A stretch of DNA of 63,326 nucleotides, the filler included, from Octopus bimaculoides (lineage: Eukaryota): assembly GCF_001194135.2 (NCBI RefSeq). It is 7 parts of 7 records of this genome, joined end to end, with 100 filler letters (N's around TTAATTAATTAA, not from the genome) between each part and the next. Parts side by side here need not be neighbours in the genome. Positions count along the whole stretch, not along the records: positions 11,513 to 30,634 come from NC_068983.1; 6 more parts are not named here. One strand, given 5' to 3'. This document shows positions 13,545-26,567 of the stretch, piece after piece. The notes beneath the pieces are model-generated. The model made no database searches and was not told the origin of the DNA. It saw nothing but the letters and a program-made list of their open reading frames with translations. Both the position numbers and the translations under genes were made by a program. How positions within the stretch are numbered: the stretch's first letter is position 1; every line of letters starts with the position of its first letter.

Positions 13545-14610
13545 ATCTGAAGGCGGATTGAAGAACAAATATGGTGGTGGACAGTCCAACACTCAGCTCT
13601 ACACATTGCTCTTACATGGAGGACATTTTGGGTGTCAAACTATTGAAATACAATGTGGTCCAAACGATGCCAATAATTGAACCACAAGTGTTGTCAAGAG
13701 GCTTTGTGTTTTGAGATTAGTAGAAAGACTGCGTTCGTGATCACAAGTGCATTCTCCGCACACATAGCAAGAAAACGAAGTCCGTTTGCATTGACATTTT
13801 CAATTCCAATGTTATTAATAGCGCACGACCAGGTATCACGGTCAGATTCGACGTGAGAGTTGAAACAGTCTGAACAAGGCATCATCTCAAAGATTTGAGA
13901 GGAGAAATGTGTGAAGCTCGTCTGAAAAAGAGATCTCGTGAGATCTTCATCTGAGTCAAGAATCATCGCATGCATACTGATAAAAAGGGAGTGTTTGACA
14001 TCCAATGAAAGGGACATAGAGAGTCATTAATTTTTTATTGGTACCACCTAGCATCTCAGGAAGTTTCTGAAATAGTGTATTCCTTATGGTCTACACTATG
14101 GCTCTGCTACTCGTTGCTTGGCAGTCCTTTCCATTAAAACGAGTAGGTAGAAGCCTCCTTGACAAATTCTTCTTCAGCAAGACGGGTTTCGATGACGGCA
14201 ACGAAATATAGTTCTTATGAAGCGAGCTCAGTGGCAATAAGTACAGTATAATCTCAGGTTTGCTTTGGTGTTTTGGCATCCATTTGTCTGTCCATTAGAG
14301 TAGGAATATTTTTGCAGGTAGTGAGTAGGAAGGGACAATGTCTAGCCCATCTTTTCTAGGTTCTTCCCCACCTGAGGCGATCGGTTCGAAGCCAGAAAAG
14401 GACCAGTTGGTCACGTATGAAACTGTCAAGGAAGGTTGTCGTTTTGGTCTCCATTTTCTAGCGAGATCCTTCATGGATTATCTACGCACAGAGACCACAT
14501 TAGAGGCTTTCAGATCGATCTTAATCCTACCCACCTTAACGGAGTGTTCCCTCACCGTAAAGCTTGGAAAAGGGCGAAGAAATAATTTCTTTTCAGATGA
14601 GTAGTTTCCA
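13545..14610 (-). mobile_element. RTE-clade LINE: 5' UTR plus AP-endonuclease domain, 3' part missing
   Basis: Degenerate NIPTLMD...VIETRLAEE...WKGLP, DFNSHVESDRDTW...NANGLRFLAMCAENALVITN and WHRLDHI...AECWTVH match the APE motifs of RTE elements; many stops and frameshifts. Confidence 0.8.
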
Positions 14611-16441
14611 GTGTGACAGGAGACGAGCAAACACTAGCTATACAAAATTAATCTTCACAGAAATATGAAAAGGATTTCAGAACAGACCAGCATGTAGGTA
14701 GAGACTGCAGGGGGTGCTAAATATCAATTCTATCAGAGAATACCTCAATTCTCACCCTCCAGACATAGGTGAGGGACGACCACAGCTTGTGCCCACGCTT
14801 TGGCAACTCTTGTGTTTGGTTCTGCATGGAATCCTGAAACACGTTTTTATCAAAACGAGCTTAGTGGGGTTGCCGTTTTAGTGACAGATAGCCCGAACAT
14901 AACTGAGTATACGGGTTACATGGTTACAAGAAAAACTCACTCTACACACTATACATAATAACGCTGAGTATCATGAGACAGGACATGTAATATATAAAGG
15001 ATAAACACATGCAACGAAAAAGATATTTGTATAATTCACAAGAGATATTCAACAGAAGAAAGAAAACAGGCCCTGAAATAAACTCAGGAAAATGTAAACA
15101 AAATAATATCTGTCCAACACATTGGATCGCCCAGAAGTAGATACTGCACACATTTAAATAATCTGCACAAGCACTAGCTTTATTTAAATATTAATATGTA
15201 AGAAAGGTACTATTACGAGCGAAGTATTCTTTCACCACGCACGCACGAATAGACACACATACATACACACATATAGATATACGTTCATTGAGCTTATTAC
15301 ATATATAAATGTAACATCATATTTGCAGACTATAGTTTCCTAACAGAATTTACTCTCTTATATCCCTAGCAATAGAAGAGAAGCCCATCATAGTATGCTC
15401 GTTATTAAACACTTCGGTAATCAATTGTGTAAAGTCTATAATGATAATCCAAGAATGTGTCATGCACAGCTTTAGCTATTTGAATCTGAATGATTTCTAT
15501 ACCGCAATCATCAATTTTACACAGCTGAAGGCAAGTTATCTTGCTTAATTCCAATCCTTAAATGAAGTGTTATGCGAAACTGAATAAAATCAAGTATACC
15601 ACTTCCCAATGCACGAAATAACTGTCTTTGTTTACAAACTTGTACAGAGATCTACATCAATAAATGATTCATCTCGTGGAAATCGATTATTTCGCTGCGA
15701 GGAAAAGGAGAAAATTTCTGAGCCTGATAACGTTAATAACATAACTCGAGGTTTGAATACGAAATGGTAATTCCTAGTTTTCATATATTAGCTGCTTAAC
15801 ACATTACAGTTAAGCGCTTATAAGTAAGGCTAAAGAATGAATAATTATGAAACTAATCTGTATAAAATATGCAGCGTGGAAAAGAATATATAAATCGATG
15901 ACCTACATAAGGATCTTTATTCTATTTCCAACAAGTGTGGGAGACAGGCATCTAACGATATCTGCTTCTATCTTATCAATATACGTAAATGCGCAAAATA
16001 ATTCTGATGTATTCAGTAAACAAATCTATAGGCAAATATACTTTTAATTTTGATTAAAAGAAACATTATTAATTAATTAATTGTATTAATCAGAAACATT
16101 TGGAGGGGAAGTGGACACATAGCTGCCGTATCACACCTGTGTAAAAAGCTAGAGGATTACTAGCCAGCACACCTCTTAAGGTAAATGGATACTAGGTCAT
16201 TCACATTTCAAGTAAGAATGTAAGGAACGTACAATCATAATTAACCGTTCAGCCCTAGCTGTGGCATAGTCCTCACATATCACTACCGTGTCAATGACGA
16301 AATGGTAACTGCTGGCATTCATAATGCCTACAACACAAATAGACCCAATCTATATGAACTATAATTCTCATGAGGAAGAGAAGAAGGAATTCTGAAATAA
16401 TTCAAACGCCGCTCACGAATTTTAGATTGCGATGTATAAGA

Positions 16442-16479
<38 letters not shown>

Positions 16480-16875
16480 NNNNNNNNNNNNNNNNNNNNN
16501 NNNNNNNNNNNNNNNNNNNNNNNNNNNNNNNNNNNNNNNNNNNNNNNNNNNNNNNNNNNNNNNNNNNNNNNNNNNNNNNNNNNNNNNNNNNNNNNNNNNN
16601 NNNNNNNNNNNNNNNNNNNNNNNNNNNNNNNNNNNNNNNNNNNNNNNNNNNNNNNNNNNNNNNNNNNNNNNNNNNNNNNNNNNNNNNNNNNNNNNNNNNN
16701 NNNNNNNNNNNNNNNNNNNNNNNNNNNNNNNNNNNNNNNNNNNNNNNNNNNNNNNNNNNNNNNNNNNNNNNNNNNNNNNNNNNNNNNNNNNNNNNNNNNN
16801 NNNNNNNNNNNNNNNNNNNNNNNNNNNNNNNNNNNNNNNNNNNNNNNNNNNNNNNNNNNNNNNNNNNNNNNNNNN

Positions 16876-16907
<32 letters not shown>

Positions 16908-17892
16908 ACATATATAACAATCAACGCAATTAGAGGGAAGTGTGATGAACCATATAATGCTTCACTGTAGCTGTGAAAATATGTGTAGGCAATGCGACAA
17001 ATGTTCACGGTTTACTTCCTTTAATGTGATAAGGGTGTGATGTTTAACAACAGACACCATCTTAATTAAAAGACTTCAAAATGTAAGGAAACTGTCTCAT
17101 TTTAATTGAGTGTGATTTTATAGCACAGTGTTCAGCAATATTGTTTCAAAAGTGTTCAACTGAGATCTGATTAGGTTGCTGAGAAGTTTTAGGGCAAACG
17201 AAGACCAACCGTATCTGTCGTTGGATAGAGAAATTTGAAAGTCTTATATAAGTGAAGTTAAACACTCTAGTGGCGACACATACTGCGTAGAAGAATAAGG
17301 TGATCATTTTTTCTTGAAAGGAAATAAGGAATATTTCCTTTTACTATTTACCTAAATTAGCCGCTTCATTTATCAATGTTTCCCATGATTAAATTCATGT
17401 TGTCTGCATTATATATTAGATTCTAAAACAAAAAAAAATTATAATTTTAAGAAGTGAAGACAGTATTATAAATCGATAGCTTCACTATTTAAAGTGTTAC
17501 AGGGCAGCTGAGAGAGACTGTTAACATTTTGTATTTACGGTGCCAATGAAACGCAAGAGTGGAGAGAAAGTTGACAACATAAGTGAGACATAACATGTTG
17601 TCAGTATTAATTTCACTAAAGGGTTAAAATATATATTGAGAAACTAACAGCATTAGCAGAAGTGGTGTGAAAAATATCTTCTATGGAGTAAAGATGAAAT
17701 CTTATTTATCGCAAGTAGATTAAATGATAAGGTGAGAGATCAGGAATATATGTTATAAGGGTTCAATTTCCAATTTAAAATATGTGCTAATTAATAGCCC
17801 TAGATGACCATGGTAGAAGTTAAAATACTATATTTTGATAATTTTAACTACTTAATAAACTACTTTTTAAAAACTTTAAAATTTCTAGTAGA

Positions 17893-18338
17893 TCAGTGTA
17901 CACACGATACCCTGAGGTCTAATCTATTATTGATTAGATTAGGATTATTTCTAAGTTTAAACATTTCATATATTTCCATAGAACATAATTCACATCCACA
18001 TCTATTATTTCTATAAGGTTGAGCTTTTCTTATAATTTCCCATTTAAGGCTAAAATTAATACCATTATCTTTTAACTCCCAAATTTTACTTGCTAATGTC
18101 GTACTATTAGCCTTATGTCTTAGTCCCAAAGAGGGCCTATGGTTATATATTCTCTGTTTCACATTAATACTACATCCTATGTAAATAAAATTCTCGGTTA
18201 TTGTACTAATAATGCATCTGTACACTACGTTAAAACTAATATTGATGTCTGTAAAACAATACTGATGCTCTATTCAGACTAAAGAAAAAGCCCTGTTTGA
18301 CCTATATACCTAGGGTTTAATTCCTCAACATTTTGATA
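17893..18338 (-). mobile_element. Penelope-like element GIY-YIG endonuclease C-terminus
   Basis: VYRC...IYIGCSINVKQRIYNH...STTLASKIWELKD...WEIIRKA...CELC...LINNRLDLRVSCVH* carries the YIG, R..NH and C-terminal Cys pattern of PLE endonucleases; upstream part lost in a gap. Confidence 0.8.
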
Positions 18339-19200
18339 NNNNNNNNNNNNNNNNNNNNNNNNNNNNNNNNNNNNNNNNNNNNNNNNNNNNNNNNNNNNNN
18401 NNNNNNNNNNNNNNNNNNNNNNNNNNNNNNNNNNNNNNNNNNNNNNNNNNNNNNNNNNNNNNNNNNNNNNNNNNNNNNNNNNNNNNNNNNNNNNNNNNNN
18501 NNNNNNNNNNNNNNNNNNNNNNNNNNNNNNNNNNNNNNNNNNNNNNNNNNNNNNNNNNNNNNNNNNNNNNNNNNNNNNNNNNNNNNNNNNNNNNNNNNNN
18601 NNNNNNNNNNNNNNNNNNNNNNNNNNNNNNNNNNNNNNNNNNNNNNNNNNNNNNNNNNNNNNNNNNNNNNNNNNNNNNNNNNNNNNNNNNNNNNNNNNNN
18701 NNNNNNNNNNNNNNNNNNNNNNNNNNNNNNNNNNNNNNNNNNNNNNNNNNNNNNNNNNNNNNNNNNNNNNNNNNNNNNNNNNNNNNNNNNNNNNNNNNNN
18801 NNNNNNNNNNNNNNNNNNNNNNNNNNNNNNNNNNNNNNNNNNNNNNNNNNNNNNNNNNNNNNNNNNNNNNNNNNNNNNNNNNNNNNNNNNNNNNNNNNNN
18901 NNNNNNNNNNNNNNNNNNNNNNNNNNNNNNNNNNNNNNNNNNNNNNNNNNNNNNNNNNNNNNNNNNNNNNNNNNNNNNNNNNNNNNNNNNNNNNNNNNNN
19001 NNNNNNNNNNNNNNNNNNNNNNNNNNNNNNNNNNNNNNNNNNNNNNNNNNNNNNNNNNNNNNNNNNNNNNNNNNNNNNNNNNNNNNNNNNNNNNNNNNNN
19101 NNNNNNNNNNNNNNNNNNNNNNNNNNNNNNNNNNNNNNNNNNNNNNNNNNNNNNNNNNNNNNNNNNNNNNNNNNNNNNNNNNNNNNATATATATATATGT

Positions 19201-20040
19201 ATATATCGTCATCTCATAAATAAATAAATAACACAATCTTTTTTATTGCATGAAATAAAATTCGGATGCGGACGAGATAAAAGCACGTAGTAATTCTACC
19301 TTGTATTTTTTCTTAGTGCATGATTTCAAGAGTGCAGTTCAATTTCAGCAGTTATTTTTTCATAGCTATACTGGAAATGACAAAGTAGCATATTCAGCAT
19401 ATTTTGCTTTATAAGTTCAATAAATGCAAGAACGCAAAGGAAAGTGCGAGGAATATTAATACAATATATGGTGATCGGACAATAAGCGTAAGCCATTTTC
19501 AATGATGGTCTCAGAAATTTCGAGTCAGAAATTACAGCCTCGAAAACGATCCTCGTCTTCGGAGATCTATGGGGCTCGACGAGGACTTCCGGAAGCCCCG
19601 GTGGAACAAAATCCCATCGTAACTGTTGAGGAACTAGCCGAGAACTTGGATTTGGCCATTCAGCCAATCATAGGCAACTGCGTGCCATCGTAAAATCAGT
19701 ATATTGGGTCAATGGGTTCCTCACAAACTTGCCGAGTCTAGCTGCGCGCAAAGGGTAAATGTGTGCTCTTCTTTGCTGTCACATGTCACGTAGGAACCGT
19801 TTTGCACCGAATAGTGACTGGTGACGAGAAATGAGTTCTCTATAAAAAAGGTTAAACGCCGAAGAGGATGGTTAGGGAAAGGAAAGACACCGGGATCCCA
19901 GGCTAAAGAAGGTCTTGCCCTACATAATGTGCTGTTATCTGTTTGGAGGCATATGAAAGGTTTAGTCCACTTTGAACATTTAAACCCAAACGAAACGATA
20001 ACAAAGTAGATCTACTGCAAGCAGCTTGAACTGCTCAATT
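19201..20040 (+). mobile_element. Mariner element, 5' two-thirds (same family as 9856-10624)
   Basis: 5' TIR tatatcgtcatctcataaata resembles the reverse complement of the 10600 TIR; degenerate QWVPHKL and IVTGDEK motifs; EHLNPNETITK matches ELLNPN*TVTK in the other copy. Confidence 0.85.
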
Positions 20041-20755
20041 GTATACATCTATCACAGAAACTATTCCTATTCTGACCCAGTTTAATGCCTATCATTCCTG
20101 ATTCTAAATTCAAACCTTATGGTCATCCTCGGATCGATCTGATAACAGAGATTATAACCAAATTAAATTTTGTCCCTACGTCTTGTCTTATTCTTTACAC
20201 TGTCCCCTACAAAATATATAAAACTGTCTAAGTCATACTCCAGTTCGCTTCTAACTTCATTGTCGGTAACACCTTCATTAAAACATCAGAGAACAACTTT
20301 TTAATCAAGATCAAAACTAGATGTAGAGGAACAAAAAGGATGCAAATAAAAATCACTTAGATATCCATTCAGTAGAAACATGCCGGACAGAGGTTTAAAT
20401 TAAATATACTGCATAAATGACTCTAAAACTAAAAAGTGTGTAGATATAAAATAATCCTTATTTATTTGAACTGCCTTGCATATACACTCAGTAGTGCTTT
20501 ATAACCCAACGAACCGAACTCAGGATTTACTCATCGGGGGAAATACATTGTGATTGTTTGAATAGTTCTGGGTTATATCGCACCATTCGATGAGGTTAGC
20601 TAGAACTTGAATTATATTAGAGTGCCGAAATGGTACCTGCCTGGATTTATTATCCCTTGAGTGTGGTTAGACAAACGTATTCATATGTTACTAAATGCAA
20701 GTTTGCCTGCCTCAGTATGTACGGATCGCATCTCTCACACTTTGTATAGGATGAT

Positions 20756-20797
<42 letters not shown>

Positions 20798-21151
20798 CTA
20801 ACGAACAGAAAGACATAGATATCTCTGTATGCATGTGTGTATGCACTTATCTGTTTTATTTTCTATNNNNNNNNNNNNNNNNNNNNNNNNNNNNNNNNNN
20901 NNNNNNNNNNNNNNNNNNNNNNNNNNNNNNNNNNNNNNNNNNNNNNNNNNNNNNNNNNNNNNNNNNNNNNNNNNNNNNNNNNNNNNNNNNNNNNNNNNNN
21001 NNNNNNNNNNNNNNNNNNNNNNNNNNNNNNNNNNNNNNNNNNNNNNNNNNNNNNNNNNNNNNNNNNNNNNNNNNNNNNNNNNNNNNNNNNNNNNNNNNNN
21101 NNNNNNNNNNNNNNNNNNNNNNNNNNNNNNNNNNNNNNNNNNNNNNNNNNN

Positions 21152-21183
<32 letters not shown>

Positions 21184-22829
21184 CTAACGAACAGAAAGAC
21201 ATAGATATCTCTGCATGCATGTGTGTATGCACTTATCTGTTTTATTTCCTATAAAATTCAAGTTTATATCATAGAAATCACCACGAAGTCACAACTCTGC
21301 TTTTTTTGTTATTTCAGCGATCGTTCTCTCAGCATTTCCACTTGTTATTTAACTTCCTCACTCTCTTTTATTATTTGTCTCTATAACTCCTCTTACCATT
21401 CTTTTTCCCAGCATTCTGTCACATGTTCTTTCTCTAAATATCCCCTTGACAAAAGTCCATTGAAGCAAAAATCGCATTACTAAGCCTACATTAATTCTTT
21501 CGCCTGCCTTAGCTAACTAAAATCACTATCCATGCAAATTCAAGCATAAATTCCTTCTTCAGCTCATCGGCTTGTTCTGTAAAAGAAAATAAATACAAAG
21601 AAAACCTCATGACACAAAATACAAAAAATAAATTATAAACAAACAAGAAAGAAATCAACAATAGTTACAAAGCAAACGAGTTTAGATTTGCAATTCGGTC
21701 ATAGTAGTTGACAAGATGCATTGAAACCTATGAGATGTGTGTTACATTTGAATGTTTGACACCCATACAGGAGGTAAATTATTTTCTGCTATATACTTTG
21801 CAATATGAAAAGGATGTAAAATACTTTGGGCACGATATTTAAGATACATAACCACACGCAATTATATATAGAAATGAATATATAATTTGTGTGTTTCTGC
21901 CCTTTTCTGACGTTTCGAATAAATCTATGAATTTTGGATACACTGCAAATGTTACGTCTTTCTAGATATATCTATCGCCAAGACATTTTTTGTAAATCTT
22001 GTGCGTGCTTACAATATACTGGTGCGTTATTATGGTGGTGTACGTGTTGGCGAGAGTGTTTTTGGCTATCACTGACAAAGAAATAAATCGGCACCCACTC
22101 ACACATGAGCGCACACGCGCGTACACATGAAAGCAGACGAACACACACTCCTACACCTTCATACACACATAAACACAGACACATAAACACGTCAATAAAA
22201 ACTTAATTATGTTTTCCTTTTTCCTGGATTTGTGAATTAATGTTAATAACAAATTTGTATCATAAAATATTTATACACTTATTCTTTTTAATTTAATATA
22301 TTAGACTCTGTATAAAATCCTACGTGTAAGTATTATATTAAACTCCCAATTTTAGTCTAGTCGAATTCTTTCAGAAGGAAGCAATTTCAGATCTAATACT
22401 TGCAGTACATTATTTGAAGTAAAAACCATTTCGAAAATCTAAGACATCCATTCAAAAACAGCTTGTGCATGTTTTTAACGAAGAGAAAATGAAGTAATTG
22501 TAGTGTACAGTAAATTATTTGTCAAGAAACTGAACTAAAATATATTTTAAACGATCGTACTGATTGAAATATTGTTTGCAGCAGTTCCAACAAAGCTCTT
22601 TCTCTGCAGCTATAACTGCTGCATTTACTCTTCGCATTTCACTTATGCTGCTGGCTCTATTTCAGATGAACAGTTGCAACTGGAAATAGTTCATTTCTAG
22701 ACGTTTGCAGGGTTACATTTGCCGTGAAATCGTTTTTACGAATGTTCTTGCCTGGAATTCATTTTATTTTATTTTATCTTACTCGAGAACGTTAAATTAC
22801 ATTGAATTGGTTGCAGTGCATTATGCACA

Positions 22830-22862
<33 letters not shown>

Positions 22863-22929
22863 GTGCATACATAAGCGCACACAGACACACAGACACACAC
22901 ATATACGCACACACGCACACGAACACAAG

Positions 22930-22984
<55 letters not shown>

Positions 22985-23547
22985 GTGTGCATATGTATAC
23001 ACTTTCACCTATCCACTGGCTATTTTTATGTCTTAGCTTAGGAATCTGCCCATGGCAGATAATGACATTGGTTAATACAATGCAGTCACCTAAGTTCAAC
23101 TCCAGTTAAGTCACTATGGTAATTAAGAAAAGTCGGCTGAATGCAAAAATGTCATGAAACATTTAATGCGGAATGAGAATAGTGTATACGTTGATCAAAT
23201 AAAAATTTAGGTTAGATATTTCGAGACAACACTCGAGTTCAATACAAGACATCTTGAAGAGGGCCAGAGCGTACAACAGACGAAGCGTAGTGAAATCAAC
23301 AATCAAGATGAGCACACCAGTCCGAGTAATACAAATAATATACACAATATAAATTCCACATCTCACAAATACACAGTTGTATTACCCTAGTGTTTTTAAA
23401 CACTTATGCTTTTTCTATGTTTCCTATTCATAAATATCTTTTGTTTTCCGCTAGTAACATATTTATTGTTTACTATGATATTCACTTATTCTGTTTTATT
23501 TATCTGAACCTCCAAACGTCTAATATTCTTTTCTACTCTAGGCACAA

Positions 23548-23655
23548 GGCCCGAAAGTTTGGAGAAAGGGGCCAGTACGCATCTGGTACTTAATTTATCG
23601 AACCTGAAACGATGAAAGGCAACGTCGGCCTCCGCGGAATTTGAACTCAGAATGT
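23548..23655 (-). mobile_element. SINE family B fragment
   Basis: aggcacaaggcccgaaa...ggtacttaatttatcga...gcggaatttgaactcagaa. Confidence 0.75.
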
Positions 23656-25762
23656 TCCTATTTCAGATCCTTTCAAGCTACAACACTAAAACTTTCCCGA
23701 ATCAAGTACTCACACGTTCGTGCACATGTGTTTGTATGCATGAGTCAGTTGATCCAGCACATTTTTATTGGTGGTCTATGAAGACCTTGCTATTTTGCGT
23801 TTTGTCAACATATTATATTTGTTTTACTATATCTGTTTCATTGCAGGGTTATATAAGTATCAATTAATGTTACACACCGTAGTGAAAAGATCAATGAAAC
23901 TAATTTCAATGAAAAATGCAATATATACTTTCGTATTTAGCGTAAATATGGAATTTTTCTTAATTAGTATTCATTCCAAACTATGTTTTCCTGTTTTGGT
24001 CTCACTGCATCCTGAAAAATTGTTGTATTAATTTGGCATCTACTTGACTATATATCAGTATCGAACTTTGTTATAAATCAATTAGGAATGCTTGCCTTCA
24101 GTATATGCACACGAATGCGAACAAGTTTCCATATATCTGTGTATATACCGTTGATAGCTGAGGAAAAAGGGATGTAATCCAGGGAAATGTAAAATAGAAT
24201 GTAGACAGTGATTAATAAATTGAGTCCAGGCTACAATACGGTTGTCGATATAATTTAATAAAGACTTCAAGCAGGGACTCCTATGTGACCATATATCAAT
24301 GTCTATAAATGGTAAAATAATAAAACATTAAGATAATATACATTAAAATTTAGCCTATAATTATAAAATGTTGTCTCGAGTAAATATATCAGGAATAAGC
24401 ATGCTTTTGTTCTGAACATGAGTTAGCAATAAACATTTTATTTAGAAAATTTCTCAACGTGGAAACTATTACTACACAAACTTAAATTTAAAAAAATATT
24501 GTGAAAAATCAGGATTTACAAAAATACATAAACTTTTAATTTATCAAATCTCTCGGATTGATCGTTGCGCTATCCTCTTGTGCATGCCAAAGTTTATCAG
24601 TGCATAATTAAATAAATCAATCATGGTGATAGATACCGTGTGGCAAATAAAATAATTGATTGATATACTAATTGAAAAATTATAAATATTTCTGAAACAA
24701 ATTACGATTTTGCACAATACACAAATTAGCTAAAAACGTTTAAGTTATTTCCAAATTGCTTAGTCAGGTGTGTTTCCGATTCATACAAGTTTAGCATGTA
24801 AATTTAACTTGTTAATATGTTCAAAATAATATCTAAGAGTCTTTAAATTCGTTTTGATGAAGACCGTTTATTAATGTTTGTTAATTGATTGATGGCTAAA
24901 AATATTGATTTCTGGGCAATGAAAAATTAAATGTGATAGATGGCTAGTCGAGGGAAATTTCAGCATTTAGTTATATCATGTTATATTTCGCGTCAAATAC
25001 ATTTAAATAACATCGAAGCAAAATTACTCTCTATAAACATAATTAGATACACGGACATTTCAAAAGTAGAGAGAGACCTTGTATTAATGTTTTTTAATTT
25101 TATTTTTGTTTCGTGTAAGGGTATATAAATTGTCTCTAGAAAGTAGCTGCGAACAACAGAAGCAAAACAGCAGTCTGATTTTTAAGGAGGGTGTATTGTA
25201 GGCCCATGTGGAGTTGCAGTTAACAAGTCTAATATTGCATAAAGTCTTGGGATTTTTCTTGCTACAGTCAACAGACTGTATACTTCAGTGGGAAAGGAGA
25301 GGAATACTAAGCATCCATCTGAGGTCGTGACCAAATGGGCCACTAGAGCAGAAGTAAATCTCTTATCTAACCGGAAAATACTCAAAAGAACACTTTTCTA
25401 GTCCAAAGTTGTGTCAATAGCTAAAGTTCATTATAGAATTTGAGTACAGAACGAAAAACAGCGCTCTATTGCGTATAATTGTCTATGGGTAGATATGTAA
25501 TTTAAAAAATGGCAAGATGGGCATGAAGCACGAGGGAGGTGCAGGACGCCTCTGAGTTCTCTGTTATCTAGAATTCAAATAATATATTTTCTTTCCTGGG
25601 ATTTAACTCAGTTCTACAAACTGCGTACATCTAGCTACCTACCTCTATCCATTTACCTCACTTTCGTGACTTTGTCATTCATGCATTAATACTGCAGCTA
25701 TTGAACATTAATTTTTCTATTCAGTTATTATATATTTAATGCATTCCAATAATAAGATTCTA

Positions 25763-26567
25763 CAGGGAGCGATGGGTAAATTACCGCTATTTTTTTGCGT
25801 GTGCATTCATTGTTTTGATTTTGTCGATTACACGGTAGAGTAGCGTCAGTTGCGCACTGTCTGTGAGAAAAAAACAGCACCATGATGCAATTCACTCTGC
25901 TAGAAATTTGGAAACTACATGCCGTACTGCTTGGCATTCACGCCAGAAGCTCCAATACGAACATGTACCGAGAGTGATAAAAATCAAACATCCAGTCAAC
26001 ATCACCGTGCCCGGAGTGATTATTAGTCATCTTCCTACACGGCCTCAGACTCAACACGGAGGACTACATTAAGTGCCTGGAGGAGGTAGTGCTGCTCTGG
26101 GTGAAGTGGATGGCAGCTGGAAGACCGTATGTTCGGCAACAGCACTCTGCACAATGCTACACAAGCAAGAAAACTGAGTCATAGTTGTCAGAAATTTCTG
26201 CGACCACATTATTCCTAACATCTGGCCACCAAACTCCCCAGACTGCAATACTCTGTATTATTGTGTGTGGAGCGCAGTTGATCGAGAGACCAACAAAACT
26301 CCTTGCAACATAAAAAATGAACTGAAGGCAAATATTATAGCAGCATTCACCCATGTAAACCAGGAGATTATCCAGAAGCGTTTCAGGAAATTCCGAAATC
26401 GTCTGGAGACCGTAGATGAAGCCAATGGCGGTTTTATTGAATAAATTTACTCGTTAGTATTTCAAGATATTTCTGTGTAATTTTAGTAAAGATATCAGTT
26501 AAAGTGAGATGTCAGTGTTATTTTCCTTTTTGCGTAATTTAGTTGACAGTTTATTCATCGCACCCTG
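25763..26567 (+). mobile_element. Internally deleted maT-like (DD37D) Tc1/mariner element with both TIRs
   Basis: TA|CAGGGAGCGATGGGTAAATT at the left and the matching ...ttcatcgcaccctg|TA at the right; coding remnants WPPNSPDCN...VWS and ANGGFIE*. Confidence 0.85.

Noticed and set aside
20750-21250. Direct repeat on both sides of the 20867-21150 gap
   Set aside because: Near-identical sequence flanking a gap most likely reflects an unmerged allelic overlap.
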